This document shows positions 58,802 through 64,000 of a DNA stretch of 64,000 nucleotides, piece by piece; positions within the stretch are counted from its first letter, which is position 1; every line of letters begins with the position of its first letter. The translations under genes were made by a program, and so were the position numbers. Origin of the DNA: Octopus sinensis (Eukaryota); NCBI RefSeq assembly GCF_006345805.1, contig NC_043016.1, forward strand, positions 13,144,001 to 13,208,000, in the 5' to 3' direction. The notes under the pieces are model-generated. The model worked only from the letters and a program-made list of their open reading frames with translations, was not told the DNA's origin and ran no database searches.

Positions 58802-60500
58802 GCTATCTCTTTTATTTGGCACCCAGGCCATGACACAGAATGAAGGATGAACAATAATTAAAGAAGATGAAAAGGCTGCATAATCATTTAAATATTTTAA
58901 TTTAACGTTTTTATATCATTTCTTTTTCCTTCTATTTTTCCTCTTCTTTTTCTTTTAGCATCTTGTGTTACAGTGTCGAAATTTTAAACATTTACTTACT
59001 TTTTACCATTTTATATATGGCAATAAGTTCTGATAGTCTATTACTGGCGGCAAGTCATCAAACTCCACGCGTACTCCCATTGGGTCTATCCTGTTTCCGA
59101 ACAAATCTCTGTCTTTCGTGCCTTTGCTTGTCTATCACAATTGCCTTTGTACTCTCTCGGTAATATTATGTTGATTGTTTTACTCTTATTACCGACTTCA
59201 ATTTGATTATTTTCCTCTCGATCTCCGTGCTTTTTGCATGTGTCAGCATATGCCACTTTTTGGGTTACTCGTTCCTGCAGTAAAACTTGGTTTTCCAAGC
59301 TGATTTCCTTTGTTGTTGACGTTGTAGGAATCTCACGCAGTGTATAATCTGCACATTCCGTTCTACTTTCCCTCCTTTTCTTTAACGGACACTTTGGCGG
59401 TGAGCCCTCACCTTCTTTTCTTTTTTTCCTAGTTACCACCGTATATGCCGCATCCATCTCCTCCGAACACTTCTCACTTACTGGGGCTGTCACTTCGGCA
59501 CTCTGTTCCTGTTCGGCACACTGCTGCTGTTGTTCCTCTTCACCTTTGTTGTCTTTCTGGGGGCACCTTGCTTTCATGTGTCCCTTCTCTCCACATTGAT
59601 AACAGGTTGGTAGTCTTCCCTCCACCACTACTCTCAATCTCACGGCAATATCACTTATTCCGTTATTTCCTACAAGTCTTTCAGACTGACATGTATGGCC
59701 ATTTCAAGGCCATATCCTCACTAGTTTACTTTTTCGTCCTCGTTACTTTTAAAATTTTCGCGTCTTCCTCTATATTATGTATAATGGCTGCCACCATCCA
59801 CGCCTCTTTAATCTCCGGGGATACTCTACCTATCCTTACTCTAGCCACTCGTTTGCCAAAGTAAGTTGGCAGAAGTACCCACTCTTGCGTCCTTAGCGCT
59901 ACAGTGGAGTGATTTATCGCTTCCTGTTCGTTAGCGAACCTCACCTCCACTGTGCCGTATTTTCTTCCTCTCATGTAGAATGTTGTGAAGCTTTTTTATT
60001 TCCCTCAAACACTCTTCTATGGCTTCCACAGTAGCTTTTTTTTTTTTTTTTGGCGTAGACAGCGTTCTGTAGACCACTGTTCGCTTTGTTATGCTGGCTG
60101 TTAAATTTTTCGGCGGGATCAGCCTTAAACTGGTTCCTTCCTTCTCAATTAACCTGTTGTATTCTTTCAGTTTCTTTGGCTCAATCTTCACTTCTCGAAC
60201 CTCTAACGCATCAGTAGTTAAACCTTTTCCAGTTGCTAACGCATAACTGCTGGCATGTGCCTGAACTGGTTCGTACTCAATCCTTCCTTTTCTTCTCCAC
60301 TTCACCCATAAATGGAGAAGTAAACAAATACAAAATCACACACCCGTAGGCAAAATGCAGCAACAGTAATTCAACAATTCAACAAATTAAATCATAGGTT
60401 CACCCTTACGGGAGACCTTCAACAAATAATTAACAATGCGACTTACGTCTAACAGGGATCAAAAATGATTTAACCGAACAGAAAAACATCACACTGTACC
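58802..60500 (-). mobile_element. Tx1/L1-like element with ORF1 (RRM-like + zinc knuckle) but almost no ORF2
   Basis: ORF1 pieces YGTVEVRFANEQEA and VVVEGRLPTCYQCGEKGHMKARCP (CX2CX4HX4C). TAA ATG TTT AAA ATT TCG ACA CTG at 58991 resembles an APE start. The element ends ~190 nt later in a polyA-signal tail. Confidence 0.7.
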
Positions 60501-60549
60501 CCGCACTGTCAGTACGGATGCGCCTTTATAAGGTTTAGAACAGTTCACT

Positions 60550-61030
60550 TGCTACCTCACAGGGGTGTCAGGATTTCATCACAACATCTTCAGAGTCAGA
60601 AGATAATAGGATTCCCAACAATTGTTGACACTCTACAAAGTTCAGGTGAGGCCACTGTGGAATATTTGTTTTATATCTAAGGCAAGGCTACAGTTCCACA
60701 CACAAACATCCTAGACCACATCTGGAAAAAGTCCACTCGACTGATTGACATAAAGTCTCCCTCACACAAACATCCTCCAACTTCTGGCCCACGGATGCAT
60801 TATTTCATCACACTGCCTTTTAATTTTTTTTGCAGCTATTATAATGGTGTCTGCCCTTTGGAGCATAATCCATCCTTTACTCAGGAATTCCTGCCATACT
60901 CACCTCTCCTCCTCGTGTGTTCTGTATCCCTCATCAGCCTCGTATTAATTCCTGCGTCCAATCGTCCATTCTTAGAACCTCAGCCCTCAGAAACCCCGCC
61001 TCCCTATATACACCTTTCCCACCGATTTTG
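60550..61030 (+). mobile_element. CR1-like LINE 3' relic
   Basis: LLTLYKVQVRPLWNI...ILDHIWKKSTRLI resembles LLxLYKAQVRPxMEY...LDRIQxKAxRLI. Confidence 0.6.
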
Positions 61031-61304
61031 ACATTTAAATGTTCAAGACGAATGATAATGGCACCAATGCCATCGGTCAAGGAGAGCCCGTAAAGGCCAT
61101 GGTGCACTGCTCATTCTTCCAGGTTCAACAAATGCTAATTCAAAAAGAAAAATATTATGTGTTTTATTATAGTCATATGTTCTTTCTCTAATTTAGTTAC
61201 TTTTTTGTTGTCTTCAACGTACAATGTATCTATTTCCAGTATCATACATAGTAATACTGGAGCTGTGACCTCTCAACACGGAAAATCCTGTATTACAGAC
61301 TTGT

Positions 61305-61615
61305 GATCACAATCATAAGGTAGTGAGTTCGATTCCTGGGCCAGGCTGTGTGCTGTGTTCTTGAGCAAGACACTTTATTTCACATTGCTCCAGTTCACTG
61401 AGTTGTAGAAACGAGTTACGACATCACTTGGTGCCAAGCTGTATCGGCCCCTTTTGCTTTTCCCTCGGGTAACATCGGTGGCGTAGAGAGTGAGATGCTT
61501 GTGTGCATGGGTGACTGATGGTCTTCTATAAACAACCATGCTCAGCCTTGTGCCTCGGGGCGGGGAACTTTCTAGGTGCAATCTCATGGTCATTCATGAT
61601 CGAAGAGGATCCTCG
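61305..61615 (+). mobile_element. tRNA-derived SINE (family D)
   Basis: B-box-like gagttcgattcc followed by gtgttcttgagcaagacacttta body. Confidence 0.6.
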
Positions 61616-61649
61616 TTTTGATTAGAATATTACTGGAAAGAATTGCAAG

Positions 61650-61942
61650 ACGGATTCTTTAAGCCGAGCCGTCCTGCAGGAGACCTAGCGATAGACCAAG
61701 AATGAGATGGTCGGATAATATCCATAGACTCAATTGGTCATTCTTGGGAATCCAACCGGAAAATTTGATGACGGCAGCTTTTTAATAGGTTCTCATGGAG
61801 GAGATGCCTGAGGACTCTACCCCAACGGGAGAAGACAGACGGCTGGATGGATGAGTGGATGGATGGATGGATGGATGGATGGATGGATGGATGGATGGAT
61901 GGATGGATGGATGGATGGATGGATGGATGAATGGATGGATGT
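61650..61942 (+). mobile_element. RTE-like LINE 3' end with (GATG)n tail
   Basis: ..[24 protein letters not shown], then ~20 GGAT units. Confidence 0.65.
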
Positions 61943-62770
61943 TTCTAAGAAAAGACACGTAGAGATCTAGCTGTTTGCATGATCTAAAAAAAATTAGGCA
62001 TAGAAAGAATTATGCTAATTACACAAACGAACGGGATTTCCTCGAATATAAAAATTAAAAATTCTATTTCAAAATCGAGCGGTTATTCGTCAGTGAAATT
62101 TGCTGAAACATTTTCTTGAGAAATTTCAGTCAAATTACGCCATGTTTTTTCTGTTTTAGTCGCCATTTGCTTTCTATACCTCACAATAAAATTCTGCAAA
62201 TCATTTCTCTGGTATATATGTAGACATTGTCATCAAATGTACCAGGTAACCAACAGCCATCGCAATCAATATAATAATAAAAATGATAACAATAGAAATA
62301 AAGTCTGATTTTGTCAGGTAATAAAAATAAGAATAAAGATTTATTGATTATTTCAACGTGAAGTGAGTTTGGCTGCTAGACATAAAAACAATAATGCAAT
62401 TTGTAATTCAGGGGACTGAATGACCGATTCAGTCAACTAGTTCTTATAACCATTATATACTTCCAATTAGGCCCAAAACTTCGGAAAGTATTGGTATTCG
62501 CGATCTTCAAAGGTTACAAAACTCAAACCATTCAATTAAAGACAATCCAAGAGTTTTAACATATGGTTCTTTAGTATTTCTCTAAACTTCTTGCTAAGTT
62601 AGAGATAATCAATTTACATAATTTTATATATATATATATATTTAGTTTAAACGAAATTTTATTGATGAAATAAATACTTCCAGCGAATGACAAAATATTT
62701 TCTCCTTGGAATGAAATAGTTATATTATTTGATGTATATCAATCGTATCCAAACACAACCAACGGTTCTT

Positions 62771-62786
62771 TATAATAATAATAATA

Positions 62787-62874
<88 letters not shown>

Positions 62875-62929
62875 AAGAAGAAGAAGGAGGAGGAGGAGGA
62901 GGAGAAGAAGAAGAAGAAGAAGAAGATAA
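62771..62929. repeat. Compound trinucleotide microsatellite (AAT)n-(AAG)n-(GAG)n-(AAG)n
   Basis: Directly visible. Confidence 0.97.
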
Positions 62930-64000
62930 TGATTTCTTTTATTTACCACCGGGGCGAAGGATGAGAGGGACAATACAAAGACAGACATAAAGTTTGGGGG
63001 TTTAACATATAATGGAATGGTAAAATAAAAAGAGTACTCGCTATACATTAGAAGAAGGGAAGTATACATAGTATATAACACTAGAAAAAAAGTGGTAGTG
63101 ATGGGGTTCCCCTGATGCAGGAGGACTTCTAAGGACAATAAATGAACCTCACCATCCAAGATCACCTTGAATACCAAGGAAGAGAGCCCTCTCCAGCTTC
63201 TTTCTTCCGACTCACAGGTCTACACTGAGAGTGGTACCATCCACCCATGCCAATTTCGCAACTTACACCGCCCCCCACCCTTTCCATAAATTCGCTCGAG
63301 GACAACACCTCCTTCTCCACTCTCACTTTCCTTTTCAAGTGAAACTTGAAAAAGTCGATGAGGGCTTTACCAAAGAGGAATGTCTCTGACCTCATTCCTT
63401 TCAGCCTCGTCTACCAAATAACCGTTTTCGCAACAGCCGCCAGACAAAGGAAAACTACCTTACTTACCCGATTAAAGGAGGGCAATCACCATTATGGACT
63501 CGACTGGTAGATGGATCCGTCCCACACGCGACAGCAGCTGTTCGACATAACTCCACAATTCAGCAATGCCCGGACACTGGACGAGTGCATGCAGAACGGT
63601 TTCGTCACTGCGAGTACCTAGGACAAGCCCATCTGACAGCACATCCGGCAGCGCCCCACCCCGGTAGCATTGCCAGGCCAAAGACACCTGGAAATTACCC
63701 ATAAAGGACCCCGACCGTTCGTCTTCGTCGACGTCTAGGGTCTCCCCGAGGACGCCATCGCACTTACTCGTAACTAATCCTCGGTATACAGCTAAAGTGG
63801 CACATCTCGCCTGACGACAGTCTAAGTGCCAAGTGCCCAGTCTCGGCCTGTCCTTTACCCGGGACTGCAGCTCCGTCAAGAAGACGAGCCGCGGAAAGGC
63901 ATGTCTCACAAACGGAACCTACACGCGTTCACCTAGAAATCGTTGAAGGTGACGCAACCTGAGTGCCATGGCATGCCTACGCCGTCACGTAGAGGGAGTT
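62930..64000 (-). mobile_element. Tx1/L1-like LINE, 3' end of ORF2 and 3' UTR (continues beyond window)
   Basis: SLAWQCYRG(G)ALP...DETVLHALVQCP..ELWSYVEQLL (zf-RVT-like region), then AVAKTVIW..R and FFKFHLKRKVRVE; the 3' UTR ends aataaaagaaatc at the microsatellite. Confidence 0.8.

Noticed and set aside
62729-63177. Poly-I/poly-R and poly-L ORFs
   Set aside because: Translations of trinucleotide repeats.
1-64000. A prokaryotic-style novel system (operon, defence island, CRISPR-Cas)
   Set aside because: The DNA is intron-, SINE- and microsatellite-rich eukaryotic sequence with no gene-dense region; nothing supports such a system.

Overview
AT-rich, microsatellite-dense eukaryotic genomic DNA. 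It is most likely from a coleoid cephalopod (Octopus), inferred from the tRNA-derived SINE families and repeat landscape; no database search was possible. The window is not prokaryotic, has no CRISPR array and no operons, and most six-frame ORFs are shadows of repeats. One + strand protein-coding gene of unrecognised family is well supported by two spliced 3' exons (31537-31685, 33130-33362) and a 3' UTR. Weaker candidate exons lie at 4063-4251, 16195-16239, 25619-25657, 25965-25976, 36999-37126, 42158-42204 and 50875-50954. The dominant feature is a very young, full-length Ty3/Gypsy LTR retrotransposon (51050-56076, TGTG target-site duplication, near-identical LTRs). Its Gag looks internally deleted and its LTR carries a palindromic NRF1/ETS-like module. 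The rest is a graveyard of non-LTR elements (Dong/R4, HERO-like, RTE, CR1-like, Tx1/L1-like), a Tc1 transposase relic, several MITE families and more than 35 SINE copies. The most interesting signal is a shared 3' tail linking a microsatellite-abutting Tx1/L1-like LINE, an ORF1-only derivative and a SINE subfamily, which suggests a LINE/half-LINE/SINE partnership. Many single-base indels in homopolymers suggest long-read consensus errors, so frameshifts and exact tandem duplications should be treated cautiously. Coordinates of decayed repeats are approximate.
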